Shown: piece by piece, positions 27,821 to 36,759 of the stretch
Position numbering within the stretch: the stretch's first letter is position 1
Layout of the letters: every line of letters begins with the position of its first letter
DNA from: Candidatus Iainarchaeum sp.
Lineage (GTDB): Archaea > Iainarchaeota > Iainarchaeia > Iainarchaeales > DTGL01
Length of the DNA: 64,000 nucleotides
Assembly (NCBI GenBank): GCA_026413945.1
Contig: JAOAJX010000001.1
Location: 64,001-128,000 of the forward strand
Direction: 5' to 3'
The notes under the pieces: generated by a model
What the model was told of the DNA's origin: nothing
Seen by the model: only the letters and a program-made list of their open reading frames with translations
Databases searched by the model: none
Made by a program: the position numbers and the translations under genes

Positions 27821-28753
27821 ATGCCAATAAAGCGCCTTGATCTGAAGCTTGGCTTCAGGTGCAACAACAATTGCCTTAGCTGCCCTCAGGCACATAGGAG
27901 GCATCTTGGTGACTTGCGCCTTGAGGAAATAAAAAAACTTCTTGAAAAAGGCCGTGAGCATGAAGCCAATGAGGTTGTGCTTACAGGCGGAGAGCCAACA
28001 GTAAGGCCTGATATCCTTGAAATAATTGCTTACGCAAAAAAAATTGGCTATGAGTTTATACAGCTTCAGACAAATGCAAGAATGCTCTATTACAAAGAAT
28101 TTTGCGAGAAGCTTGTTGCAGCAGGCATAACTGATTTTGCACCTGCAATCCATGGTCCTAACGCTCAAGTTCACGACTATTTGGTGCAATCTCCAGGAGC
28201 ATTTGAACAAGCAATAAAAGGTGTTAGAAACCTCAAAGAACTGGGCCAATATGTGATAATGAACTCTGTCATAAACAAAATAAACTATGTGCTGCTTCCT
28301 GAAACAGCAAGGCTTTTTGTTGACCTTTGCGTAGACCAATACCAATTTGCATTTATACATTGTGTTGGAAATGCGAAAAAAAATATTGATCTTTTGCTGC
28401 CCAGGAAAAGTGAGGTTAAGCCTTATCTGCACAAAGCGCTTGATATTGGAATAAATGCTGGAATAAAAGTAATGGTTGAGGCATACCCTTATTGCTTTAT
28501 GCAAGGTTATGAAAAGCATTGCTCTGAGCTTTATATGCCAAATGCAGAAATTATGGATGCTGAAGGCATAGTTGAAGATTTTGAAAAGCTTAGGAAAGAG
28601 ACAGGCAAGCTAAAGGGAGAAAATTGCGAAAAATGCCGCTATGACCTTATTTGTGAAGGTCCTTGGAAGGAGTATCCACAAAAATTTGGCTGGAAAGAAT
28701 TTGTGCCTGTTAAAGGCAAAAAGATAATAAGCAAAAAGGAGTTGCTTGGATAA
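27821..28753 (+). CDS. Radical SAM protein, HxsC-like paralog 1
   Basis: CNNNCLSC, LTGGEPT.R.D, QTNAR, YPYC, C-terminal C..C.....CEG....Y. Confidence 0.88.
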   Translation: MPIKRLDLKLGFRCNNNCLSCPQAHRRHLGDLRLEEIKKLLEKGREHEANEVVLTGGEPTVRPDILEIIAYAKKIGYEFIQLQTNARMLYYKEFCEKLVAAGITDFAPAIHGPNAQVHDYLVQSPGAFEQAIKGVRNLKELGQYVIMNSVINKINYVLLPETARLFVDLCVDQYQFAFIHCVGNAKKNIDLLLPRKSEVKPYLHKALDIGINAGIKVMVEAYPYCFMQGYEKHCSELYMPNAEIMDAEGIVEDFEKLRKETGKLKGENCEKCRYDLICEGPWKEYPQKFGWKEFVPVKGKKIISKKELLG

Positions 28754-30251
28754 GAGAAATGAGTTAATTGTTTTAAAAAGATTGCTCGCAATTCCTAATA
28801 TGGTTGAGCGCATGAAAGAAAAAAGCATCGACTTTGATTCTTGCTATTTGCTTAATCAATACAACACAAAAAAACTAAGAGATAATGCATATTTGATAAC
28901 AACAGAACATGGCGCATGGGCCTTATTGAACAAAAAACAGTACAATCTGCTAAGGCTACAGCGGCTAAGCAAAGACAGAAAGCTCTTTGATGCGCTTGAG
29001 AAGAAGGGCATAGTGTTAACTGAAAATAATGTACAGAGCATAGTAAAGGCCTATGCTGTGAGAAACTCATTTCTTTTTCAGGGACCGTCATTGCACATAG
29101 TTGTGCCTACGTTGAGATGCAACCAGCGTTGCATATATTGCCATTCAAGAGCAGAGCCAGAAAGCGGCAGGGGCTTTGATATGGACAAAGATACAGCAAA
29201 AGCAGTTGTTGATTTCATCTTCAAGAGCCCTTCAGAGATTCTAATAATAGAGTTTCAGGGCGGCGACTGCCTTCTAAACTTTGAAATAACTGAGTTTATA
29301 ATAGACTATGCAAAAGAGCTTGCAAAAAAACATAAGAAAAAAGTTGGATTTTCAATTGTAACAAACCTCACAAAGATGGATGAAGATATAATAAGAAGCT
29401 TGAAGGAAAGGCACATAATGGGCTTAGCAACCTCCCTCGATGGTCCAAAGTATTTGCATGACAAAAATAGGCGTTATCTCGGTGGCAAAGGCACTTATGA
29501 AGATGTTGTGTATTGGATTAAAAGGATTAAGGAAGAATGGAAATACGATTTCAACCTAAATGCGCTTTGTACAATAACAAGGTACTCTTTACCCTATGGG
29601 AAGGAGATTGTTGATGAGTATTTGCGCCTTGGCTTTGATGGTATTTGGCTCAGGTTTATGAACAATATTGGTTTTGCTGCAGAAGCTTGGGGTAAAATTG
29701 GTTATTCTCCAGAGGAATATCTTGGCTTTTATGAAAATACACTTGATTACATTGTGAGCAAAAACACCAAAGAGAAGCATTTCACTGAGCTTATGGCTTT
29801 GATATTTCTTAAAAAAATACTCGGTGAAAGAGATCCCTATTTTACAGATATCCAAAGCCCTTGTGGAGCAGGAATAGGGCAACTGCTTTACAAATACAAT
29901 GGCGATATACATACGTGCGACGAAGGAAAGCTATTCGAGGAGTTTAAGCTAGGCAATGTTTTTACATCTAAGTATGAGGAAATATTCAAAAATGATACGC
30001 TAACAACAATGATTGATATATCATCAAAAAAGAATTATCTGTGTGATGCATGTATTTGGAGCCCATATTGTGGAATATGTCCGCTGCACACTTATGCAAC
30101 ACAAGGCACAATAGTTTCAAAGCTCGCTTTGGATGAACGATGCAAAATAATGAATGGCCTCATAAGCAGGATCTTCGAGAGGCAGTTGTTCTCAAAAAGG
30201 CACAGGGCTGTTTTCGGGAGATGGGTCGAAAAAGATGTTGTCTTTAAGTAG
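28746..30251 (+). CDS. hxsB: His-Xaa-Ser system radical SAM maturase HxsB
   Basis: SLHIVVPTLRCNQRCIYCH, IEFQGG, TSLDGP..LHD.NR, SPCGAGIGQL.Y.YNGDI.TCDEG, SPASM C..C...PYCG.CP. Confidence 0.88.
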   Translation: MDKRNELIVLKRLLAIPNMVERMKEKSIDFDSCYLLNQYNTKKLRDNAYLITTEHGAWALLNKKQYNLLRLQRLSKDRKLFDALEKKGIVLTENNVQSIVKAYAVRNSFLFQGPSLHIVVPTLRCNQRCIYCHSRAEPESGRGFDMDKDTAKAVVDFIFKSPSEILIIEFQGGDCLLNFEITEFIIDYAKELAKKHKKKVGFSIVTNLTKMDEDIIRSLKERHIMGLATSLDGPKYLHDKNRRYLGGKGTYEDVVYWIKRIKEEWKYDFNLNALCTITRYSLPYGKEIVDEYLRLGFDGIWLRFMNNIGFAAEAWGKIGYSPEEYLGFYENTLDYIVSKNTKEKHFTELMALIFLKKILGERDPYFTDIQSPCGAGIGQLLYKYNGDIHTCDEGKLFEEFKLGNVFTSKYEEIFKNDTLTTMIDISSKKNYLCDACIWSPYCGICPLHTYATQGTIVSKLALDERCKIMNGLISRIFERQLFSKRHRAVFGRWVEKDVVFK

Positions 30252-30259
30252 GGGTTTGC

Positions 30260-31330
30260 TTGTTTGAGTTCTTTTTTGTTTTTGCAATGCTGATTTCTTT
30301 TGCTATTGCACTCGAAGATATCCGTCATGGAAAAATACCAAATAAGCTAATAGTTTTACTTTATGCTCTTGGTATTTTTTATCAAGTGTTTTCAGCGACT
30401 GAGTACATGAAAGTAGTTTACACTTTTTTTTATGCACTAGCAATATCTTTTTTCCTTTGGCTTATCGGAATATGGCCTGCTGGCGATGCAAAGCTTTTTT
30501 CTGTTCTATTCTTGCTTTTGCCTCAGGCACTTTACAGCTCGACGACCCTAACTTTTGATTTTATGGTGAATTGCTTCGTGCCGATATTTTTCAGTATGTT
30601 TTTTGTTATAATAGCAAAGAGCCGCTTTTCGGTATTAAAAGATGCGATTAAGTTTACATTACAGCCATACAGAGTAACGATTCTAGCTTTAGCTTTGCTT
30701 GGCTTTGTTTGGTTTATCTCAAAAGGATTAAGCTTTCTCGCTTTTGGGCAAGCAATTTTCAGCGATTATTTTGTAATGTTGCTCTTGCTTTTTTTAACAT
30801 ATGAAGTCCTGAGGCGAATGTTAAGTGCAAAGGTTGAGCTTATTTTATTTTTTCTTGCTGTTCTGAGAGTTTTTCTTGATTATAGAAATGTATACTCGCT
30901 CACTTTCATGCTTAACTTCGGAAAAATGATTGCTGTATTCCTTCTCTTCCGCTTTTTTATAATATACCTGGCCTTTAAGCTTTACACAAAAAGTGTTGCA
31001 ATAAAGAACCTCAAGCCAGGCATGTGTCCTGCGGAAATGATTTTGCAGAAAGGCGATGAATTCGAGAGGATAAGCTTTCTGAATTCAGGCCTTTTGACAT
31101 TTGGCCATGAAAAGAAGGGTGAGCTAATACACAGCATTGACTACCTGTCAGAGGAGGATATAAAAAGGATAAAAAAACTGCGAAAGGAAAATAAGATTCC
31201 TTTCAATGACATGCTGATAAACTTCACGCAGCCATTTGCAGTATTCATTGTTCTCGGTTATGCGCTTACTGTGCTTTTTGGTACAAACTTTGTGCTTTAC
31301 ATTACAAAGACCGTCATGCTTTCCCAATGA
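30260..31330 (+). CDS. Second A24 prepilin peptidase-like protein, inside the Hxs cluster
   Basis: EDIRHGKIPNKL and PAGDAKLF catalytic Asp motifs, ~9 TM, LKPGM..AE, C-terminal PFAVFIVLG. Confidence 0.82.
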   Translation: MFEFFFVFAMLISFAIALEDIRHGKIPNKLIVLLYALGIFYQVFSATEYMKVVYTFFYALAISFFLWLIGIWPAGDAKLFSVLFLLLPQALYSSTTLTFDFMVNCFVPIFFSMFFVIIAKSRFSVLKDAIKFTLQPYRVTILALALLGFVWFISKGLSFLAFGQAIFSDYFVMLLLLFLTYEVLRRMLSAKVELILFFLAVLRVFLDYRNVYSLTFMLNFGKMIAVFLLFRFFIIYLAFKLYTKSVAIKNLKPGMCPAEMILQKGDEFERISFLNSGLLTFGHEKKGELIHSIDYLSEEDIKRIKKLRKENKIPFNDMLINFTQPFAVFIVLGYALTVLFGTNFVLYITKTVMLSQ

Positions 31331-31380
31331 TTTTTTCCTTCTTAGATAAATTAAAAACAATTATTTGAGGTAATTTAAAT

Positions 31381-32295
31381 ATGCCTGAAACAAAAACTGC
31401 GCTGCTTTTGGGATACAAGTGCAATAACAACTGCAGGTTTTGCTATGCTGCTGATAAGCGTGAACTATATGCAATGAGCACCGAAGAAGCAAAAAAGCAC
31501 TTAAAGGCAGCTGTGGAAAGAGGCTCAAGCTTTGTTGACTTCCTTGGCGGTGAGCCAACTATAAGAAAAGATCTTATTGAGCTAATCTCTCATGCAAAAG
31601 ACCTCGGCTTTAAAACGATAAGCATTACAACAAATGGAAGAATGCTTTCAAATATTGAATATGCTAAAAAGCTTTACAATGCTGGTTTGAATTCAGCGGT
31701 CTTTTCTGTGCATGGGCATAATGCGGAGCTGCACGATTATCTTGTGAATGTTAAGGGCGCTTTTGATCAGCTCGTGAAAGGCATGCAAAATTTTAGGGCA
31801 TTATCAGATGATGTTTACATATGCACTAATACCGTCATTGTAAAGCCGAATGTTTCTTTTTTACCCGATATAGCAGAGCTAAACGCGAAGCTTTTGGCTA
31901 ATGGCATGGAATTTATTTTTCCGCATCCGAGAGGCAACGCATACAAAAATTTTGAAGAAATGGTGCCAAGGTTGGAACAGCTTATAGGCGTTGTTCAGAG
32001 AACAATAGGAGTCTGCACTTCACAAGGCATAAAACACTGCTATTTTAGGTATGTCCCATTTTGCTACATGTACGGCGCAATAAATTTTATAAGCGAGTAT
32101 GCTGCAAAGGAGTCCCTTAAGGAAAATCATATAGGCCCGGAATTTGAGGATCTTGACGTTGAAAAAAACCGCGCAAAGTATGGCCGAATAAAAGGGCCTC
32201 AATGTTTTGGGTGCAAGTACAACAACGTTTGCGAAGGCATCTTCAGAGAATATGCTGAGAAGCGCGGTTTTGAGGAACTTGTGCCAGTACCGTGA
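31381..32295 (+). CDS. Radical SAM protein, HxsC-like paralog 2
   Basis: CNNNCRFC, GGEPTIRKD, TNGRML, VPFC, C..C.....CEG...Y. Confidence 0.88.
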   Translation: MPETKTALLLGYKCNNNCRFCYAADKRELYAMSTEEAKKHLKAAVERGSSFVDFLGGEPTIRKDLIELISHAKDLGFKTISITTNGRMLSNIEYAKKLYNAGLNSAVFSVHGHNAELHDYLVNVKGAFDQLVKGMQNFRALSDDVYICTNTVIVKPNVSFLPDIAELNAKLLANGMEFIFPHPRGNAYKNFEEMVPRLEQLIGVVQRTIGVCTSQGIKHCYFRYVPFCYMYGAINFISEYAAKESLKENHIGPEFEDLDVEKNRAKYGRIKGPQCFGCKYNNVCEGIFREYAEKRGFEELVPVP

Positions 32296-32308
32296 GCAAG
32301 GTGTTTTA

Positions 32309-32764
32309 GTGGAACTAAAAATATTAGTTAAGGCCTTAAGAAGGAAAGAGTTTGCAATTCCGATAGCTTTCCTTTTGTTCCTTTTGTTTTTTGGAGCAAT
32401 AATGCTTCTGGTTGATACTACAAAAAATGTTAAAAACATTGAAAGAGCAAGGATTTCTGGCTGCGTTTTGGAGTATGGGCCTTGGCAATGTATTGATGAT
32501 AAAATAGCTGTACCTTTTTATAATTCCGGGGTTTTAGACATAACAATGGTAAGACTTAGATTTCCTGTAAGAAATGGCTGGAATGTGTATGAGGCAAGTG
32601 GCATGCTCAGAAAAGGCGAGGCTGGAACATTGCTAACTGAAAGCTGTGCAGATGCGATAATGGAAGGCACAAAAGTTGAGTGGTGTTGCTCAAGCGATTG
32701 CTTTATCAGTGACCTTAAAAACCCAAACCAAAATGTTTTAGTAAAAATAAATTCTTTTGGTTAA
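32309..32764 (+). CDS. Pilin-like membrane-anchored small protein
   Basis: Basic leader plus TM; C.....C; YNSGVLDI...LRKGE resembles NTG..DL...LSPKE of the pilins at 53346-54269. Confidence 0.55.
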   Translation: MELKILVKALRRKEFAIPIAFLLFLLFFGAIMLLVDTTKNVKNIERARISGCVLEYGPWQCIDDKIAVPFYNSGVLDITMVRLRFPVRNGWNVYEASGMLRKGEAGTLLTESCADAIMEGTKVEWCCSSDCFISDLKNPNQNVLVKINSFG

Positions 32765-33404
32765 TATGGCAAAAATATTTTTTGGAGATGAACACCTTCC
32801 GGTTTGTGAGACAAATATCGAAGCCATAAGTAAAAACAGCAAAGCGGTATTAAGCTTTACTTTTAGAGAAGTTTTTCAACAAAAAACATTTGCGGAGAAT
32901 GCTAAACTGCTTGAGATTTGCCTAAAAGCAATGAAATATAAGGGAATAAGATTTTTTAGTGTGCCTTTTTGTGTCGCTGAGCCAGAAAAGGTTTCTGTTT
33001 TCAATAGCTTAGCTCTTAAGGTAAAGAGTGGGTTCTACTTTGAAGGTGCATATATGGTTCCTTTAGATAGTTGACCAGGAAAATTACCTGCCTTAAAAGT
33101 ATACGATTGCTGTTTCAGACGCGGTTTATTCGATGTATTAATGGCAATTAATTCTTTTAGTCATTTTAAGGATCCGGCTAAGAGTGTCATTGAAGCTAAG
33201 AGAGTATTGAAAGAAGGCGGCTTATTTATTTTGGTGGAAAATGAAATGGCTGAAAGAGATTTTGGGAGTAGAGATGGCTTTGATTCACATAATAGCCTAA
33301 AAAAGAAGCAGATAAAGGAGTTATTTCTGAAAAATGGGTTCATGTTAAAGACACAAAGAAAGGTTAGGCCTTACTACTTTTTGATGTTTGAGAAGGTTAA
33401 TTAA
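32757..33404 (+). pseudogene. Interrupted ORF (one in-frame TGA at 33072-33074) ending in the C-terminal half of a class I SAM methyltransferase
   Basis: ORFs 32757-33074 and 33141-33404 share a frame with no other stop; FDVLMAINSFSHFKDP....E..RVLK.GG..ILVE; no GxGxG motif I visible. Confidence 0.55.
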
Positions 33405-33414
33405 CAAGCTGAGA

Positions 33415-33436
33415 TGCTTGGGATTTCGCTCAAGCA
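33415..33436. terminator. Hairpin between the two convergent arms of the Hxs cluster
   Basis: TGCTTGGG-ATTTCG-CTCAAGCA in the 45-bp gap between convergent stop codons. Confidence 0.4.
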
Positions 33437-33449
33437 CCTACTTTATAAT

Positions 33450-34391
33450 TTAGCTTAGCAAAATAGCAATTGCGCATTGGCATTGAATGTCTTCTATTTT
33501 TTCGTATTTTTTCAAAATAGCATCTTTTACTTCTTTTTCTTCTTTTTGCTCTAGTAGTGGCTTTGCCTCACAAAGCTTCTTTATAAGCAGATAATCACGA
33601 ACAAAACATAAGTCTTTTGTTTTTTCTTTAATAATTATTTCTCCCATGGTATTGCAAATATTTTGTTCAAAAATGGCAGCCACCTTGCTGTTTTCTTTTC
33701 TGAGTTCTGAAAGGTTTTTGTCAAAAATGTTTAGTGCGGTTGTTGCTTTTGTTTTGAGTTTTCTTAGTTGCTCAGAAGGATCAGTTTTGTCAATTTTTAT
33801 TTCAAGTATTTTGAGTGCAATGTTTTTATCCAAAAAGTTTAAATCTCCGCATTCTTTCTCCGCTGTGACATAGCCGTACAAAGAGTCTAAGTCGTCTTCA
33901 GCGAGTTGTTTCTTTTTAAAATATTCTCTCCAGTAAGTCAGGGCTTTTGAAAACTTTGAGTTATCTAAGATTCTTTGCTTAATTTCTATCCAATTACTAT
34001 CTCTATTAAGCACTCTGATGCTAAAGCAGTATCCACCAAGTACTTTGTTTGGGTCACAAGATTCGGGCACCACACATTTTTTTTCAAACGATGCTTCTAT
34101 TAGCTTTATATGTTCTGGTTTTGTTTCTGCCAACCTTCGTTTAGCTTCAGTATCGCCTGCGAGAAAGGCAAATGTCGATTTCACAACAATGGTGTTGTGT
34201 ATTGCCTGAGGGGTGTTTTCATCAGATAATTTCATAGGTATTTCATCATAGCTGTAAAGGTAAACTTCATAACCTTTTTTTGTTGGATTTATTAGGTGCA
34301 TAATAACAAGTATTAAGGAGATAGCAAAAATTAGCAGCAGTAAAAGCATAACTAAGAACTTCTTTCTGCGATTTAGCAGAATCACGGCCAA
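33450..34391 (-). CDS. Hypothetical membrane-anchored helical protein with several Cys
   Basis: Basic N-terminus plus TM; last gene of the minus arm. Confidence 0.7.
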   Translation of the reverse strand: MAVILLNRRKKFLVMLLLLLIFAISLILVIMHLINPTKKGYEVYLYSYDEIPMKLSDENTPQAIHNTIVVKSTFAFLAGDTEAKRRLAETKPEHIKLIEASFEKKCVVPESCDPNKVLGGYCFSIRVLNRDSNWIEIKQRILDNSKFSKALTYWREYFKKKQLAEDDLDSLYGYVTAEKECGDLNFLDKNIALKILEIKIDKTDPSEQLRKLKTKATTALNIFDKNLSELRKENSKVAAIFEQNICNTMGEIIIKEKTKDLCFVRDYLLIKKLCEAKPLLEQKEEKEVKDAILKKYEKIEDIQCQCAIAILLS

Positions 34392-34433
34392 ACACCTTTC
34401 TTTTGGATGATATTTATATGTCCAGTGCCCTAT

Positions 34434-36287
34434 TTAAACCTTTTTTATTTGGTTTTGCAAAAAGTATTTTTCGTAAAGGGTCTTGCGATCTAAAATATTG
34501 CCAATTTTTGGCCCGGGGCGGTCATTGCAAAACTTTATCTTTCCATCTTGTACAACTTTAAAAAGCTCTAAGCAACCAAAACAGTCCGAAGGGATTCTAA
34601 ATTCGCTGTAGAATTTCTTTTCAGCCTCTTTGCTCATCTCTTGGACAAATATTGGTTTTGTGACTAAAAAAAGCACTCTTGCGGCTTTCAAGTTGTATAG
34701 GAACTCTTTGAAAACAATTGTTTCTCTTGGATTTAATTGTTGTTTGCAAATTGGTGAAAGCAAAACCAAGCCCAATCCTTTTGATCTTTTGTTGAAACTT
34801 ACTATTTCAAAGAATAGCCTGTCAAAATCTTCCTTTTGAGGATCAAATTTAATCAAAAGCACGTCCTTCTTTATTGCAGAGTGGATACTTTGGGAAATGG
34901 TTGCTATGAAGTAATGCCCAAGCAATCTCAAGCCATCTTTGCCATCTTCTAGATAAGGTCTTAGCTTAATTGTTTCTTTATTTGCAAGGTATCTAAAATA
35001 TTCTAAAATCTCCTCTTTTCTATCATCACAATGCATCTTATCTGGAATATAAATTGTTTTGTTTTCTCTCAGGTTTCTTAGCAGACAGCCTCCCCAGCAT
35101 AGCTTAAAATCACATTTTTGGCAAAGTTTAACTTTTTTGTACCAATTTCTTAACTCTTTTAGCTTCTTGTAATCTAAAACAATTTTTTTACTTTTAACGT
35201 CATATCTGCCGAAAATCAAATATGAAGCACCATGATTGAGTATATCTTCTTTATCTCCGAGCATCGCACAGGGAGTTATAAAACCTTCGGGTGTCACCAA
35301 AAAAGTGTTGCATACAGCACACCCGCAAGCAAACTTGTTTCCTAAAGATTTTTGTGCCGGAACAAGACAGCGCAGGTTAACAAGGTCGCACATTTCTTTT
35401 ATGGCAAGCTGCGATCTGATAAGCTTTCTGTAATAATTCATGTGCCTTTTTTTGTTTTTTTTATTTGTAGCTGCTTTACCCATACAACCTACAATTGACA
35501 CAAATATTTTTTCTACACCAAGTGAGTTGAAATACTTTACGGTCTTTTGTTCTTTACCAATATGTGCATATGTCAAAGTTATTTTTATAGTAAAGTCTTG
35601 ATTTTTTGAAACGAGCGCTCTTATATGATTTTCCACTATAATACTACTTTTACCTTCATTCGTGAAAGGTCGCACTTTGTCTTGTATCTCTGGTGGCCCG
35701 TCACAAGATATTTGAAAAGAATCACCAAAATAGTTTTCTTTTAATACAGCCAAATAATTTGAAGGCGAAATGGTACCATTCGTAGAAAGTTTGAATTGTT
35801 TTACGTTAAGCTTCTTTTTTGCATAATTTATTGTTTTTAAAAATAGGTGTTCATTGAGAAGTGGTTCTCCTGAAGTTACGAAGTCAATCAACATAGGCCA
35901 ATTTTGATGCTTGGCCAAAAAATCAGTCGAAGCTTTTATTAATTCAAACGAGGAATCTTTGCCTTTCTTAATACCACCATAACCAACGCAATAACTGCAG
36001 TTCAGGTTGCATTTAGTAGTTATTACAGGAATAAAGTTTTCGAATCTGCTTATTTTTGCAAATGGCTTTTTTGAATTTATGGCAATATATTTTCTTCCAA
36101 ATTTAAGAAAAGCTTCTTCATCCATTAAAAAGAAGTTTGAGGTGTTGCTGCATATAAAGAAAAAAAAGCTTTTTCTTTTGAAGAGCATATGGAGAAAAGG
36201 CTTTCTTTGTATTAGCTCTTTTTTCACTGTCACAAGATTGCTGCTATTAAATTTTTCATTGGAGCCTTCAAAAATCTTTAAAAGCAT
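34434..36287 (-). CDS. Radical SAM/SPASM domain protein with an extra C-terminal domain; directly downstream of the precursor
   Basis: CNLNCSYC, GEPLLN, ISCDGP..IQD..RP, C.......V.PEG.I.PC, CQKCDFKLCWGGC; tail SDCFGCLELF...KFC. Confidence 0.88.
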   Translation of the reverse strand: MLLKIFEGSNEKFNSSNLVTVKKELIQRKPFLHMLFKRKSFFFFICSNTSNFFLMDEEAFLKFGRKYIAINSKKPFAKISRFENFIPVITTKCNLNCSYCVGYGGIKKGKDSSFELIKASTDFLAKHQNWPMLIDFVTSGEPLLNEHLFLKTINYAKKKLNVKQFKLSTNGTISPSNYLAVLKENYFGDSFQISCDGPPEIQDKVRPFTNEGKSSIIVENHIRALVSKNQDFTIKITLTYAHIGKEQKTVKYFNSLGVEKIFVSIVGCMGKAATNKKNKKRHMNYYRKLIRSQLAIKEMCDLVNLRCLVPAQKSLGNKFACGCAVCNTFLVTPEGFITPCAMLGDKEDILNHGASYLIFGRYDVKSKKIVLDYKKLKELRNWYKKVKLCQKCDFKLCWGGCLLRNLRENKTIYIPDKMHCDDRKEEILEYFRYLANKETIKLRPYLEDGKDGLRLLGHYFIATISQSIHSAIKKDVLLIKFDPQKEDFDRLFFEIVSFNKRSKGLGLVLLSPICKQQLNPRETIVFKEFLYNLKAARVLFLVTKPIFVQEMSKEAEKKFYSEFRIPSDCFGCLELFKVVQDGKIKFCNDRPGPKIGNILDRKTLYEKYFLQNQIKKV

Positions 36288-36302
36288 TTTAAAGACCTAA
36301 GC

Positions 36303-36701
36303 TTAGTAGCAGTAAGCTGCATCACAGGCACCGATTCCACTATAATGGCTGCTGTGGCTTCCGTGGCTGCCGTGGCTTCCGTGACTTCCGTGGCTTCCGT
36401 GACTTCCGTGGCTGCTGTGGCTGCTGTGGCTGCTGTGGCTTGCGTGACTTGCATGGCTTGCGTGATGGCCGTGGCTAGCGCTAATATTGCCTGCATTCCA
36501 TCCAACGCTAAAGTAGTTTGTGTGTGTTGCTGCCACTTCAGGCAAAATATTGAGTATTGAAATCGACCCCAAAAAAGCACCAAGGGCAAGCATTTTGTGC
36601 TTTGAAATGCTGCCACGCTCTTCTAGAACAAATGATTTTATAGTTTTTTTTACTTTTGGAAGCAGAGATTCGTTTTCAGATGATTTTTCTTTTTTGGGCA
36701 T
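36303..36701 (-). CDS. hxsA: His-Xaa-Ser repeat precursor peptide (HxsA-like)
   Basis: Leader plus hydrophobic stretch, then (HAS)3(HSS)3(HGS)6 HSS HYS, ending GIGACDAAYCY; embedded among Hxs radical SAM genes. Confidence 0.88.
   Translation of the reverse strand: MPKKEKSSENESLLPKVKKTIKSFVLEERGSISKHKMLALGAFLGSISILNILPEVAATHTNYFSVGWNAGNISASHGHHASHASHASHSSHSSHSSHGSHGSHGSHGSHGSHGSHSSHYSGIGACDAAYCY
36339..36464 (-). repeat. 14 tandem imperfect 9-bp repeats encoding HxS triplets
   Basis: Plus-strand units such as GCTTCCGTG, GCTGCTGTG and GCTTGCGTG. Confidence 0.95.
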
Positions 36702-36759
36702 CTATTAAATAATAGATATACTTATTTAAAATATTTCCTAAAAGTTGAATGGCTGAAAA

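Noticed and set aside
36339-36464. Short tandem repeats as a CRISPR array or non-coding VNTR
   Set aside because: Contiguous 9-bp units with no spacers, in frame with the HxS precursor
36278-36616. Alternative-frame ORFs over the repeat (ATAATE-rich minus, VASV-rich plus)
   Set aside because: Shadow frames of the 9-bp repeat; the HxS frame fits the hxsB/C/D context
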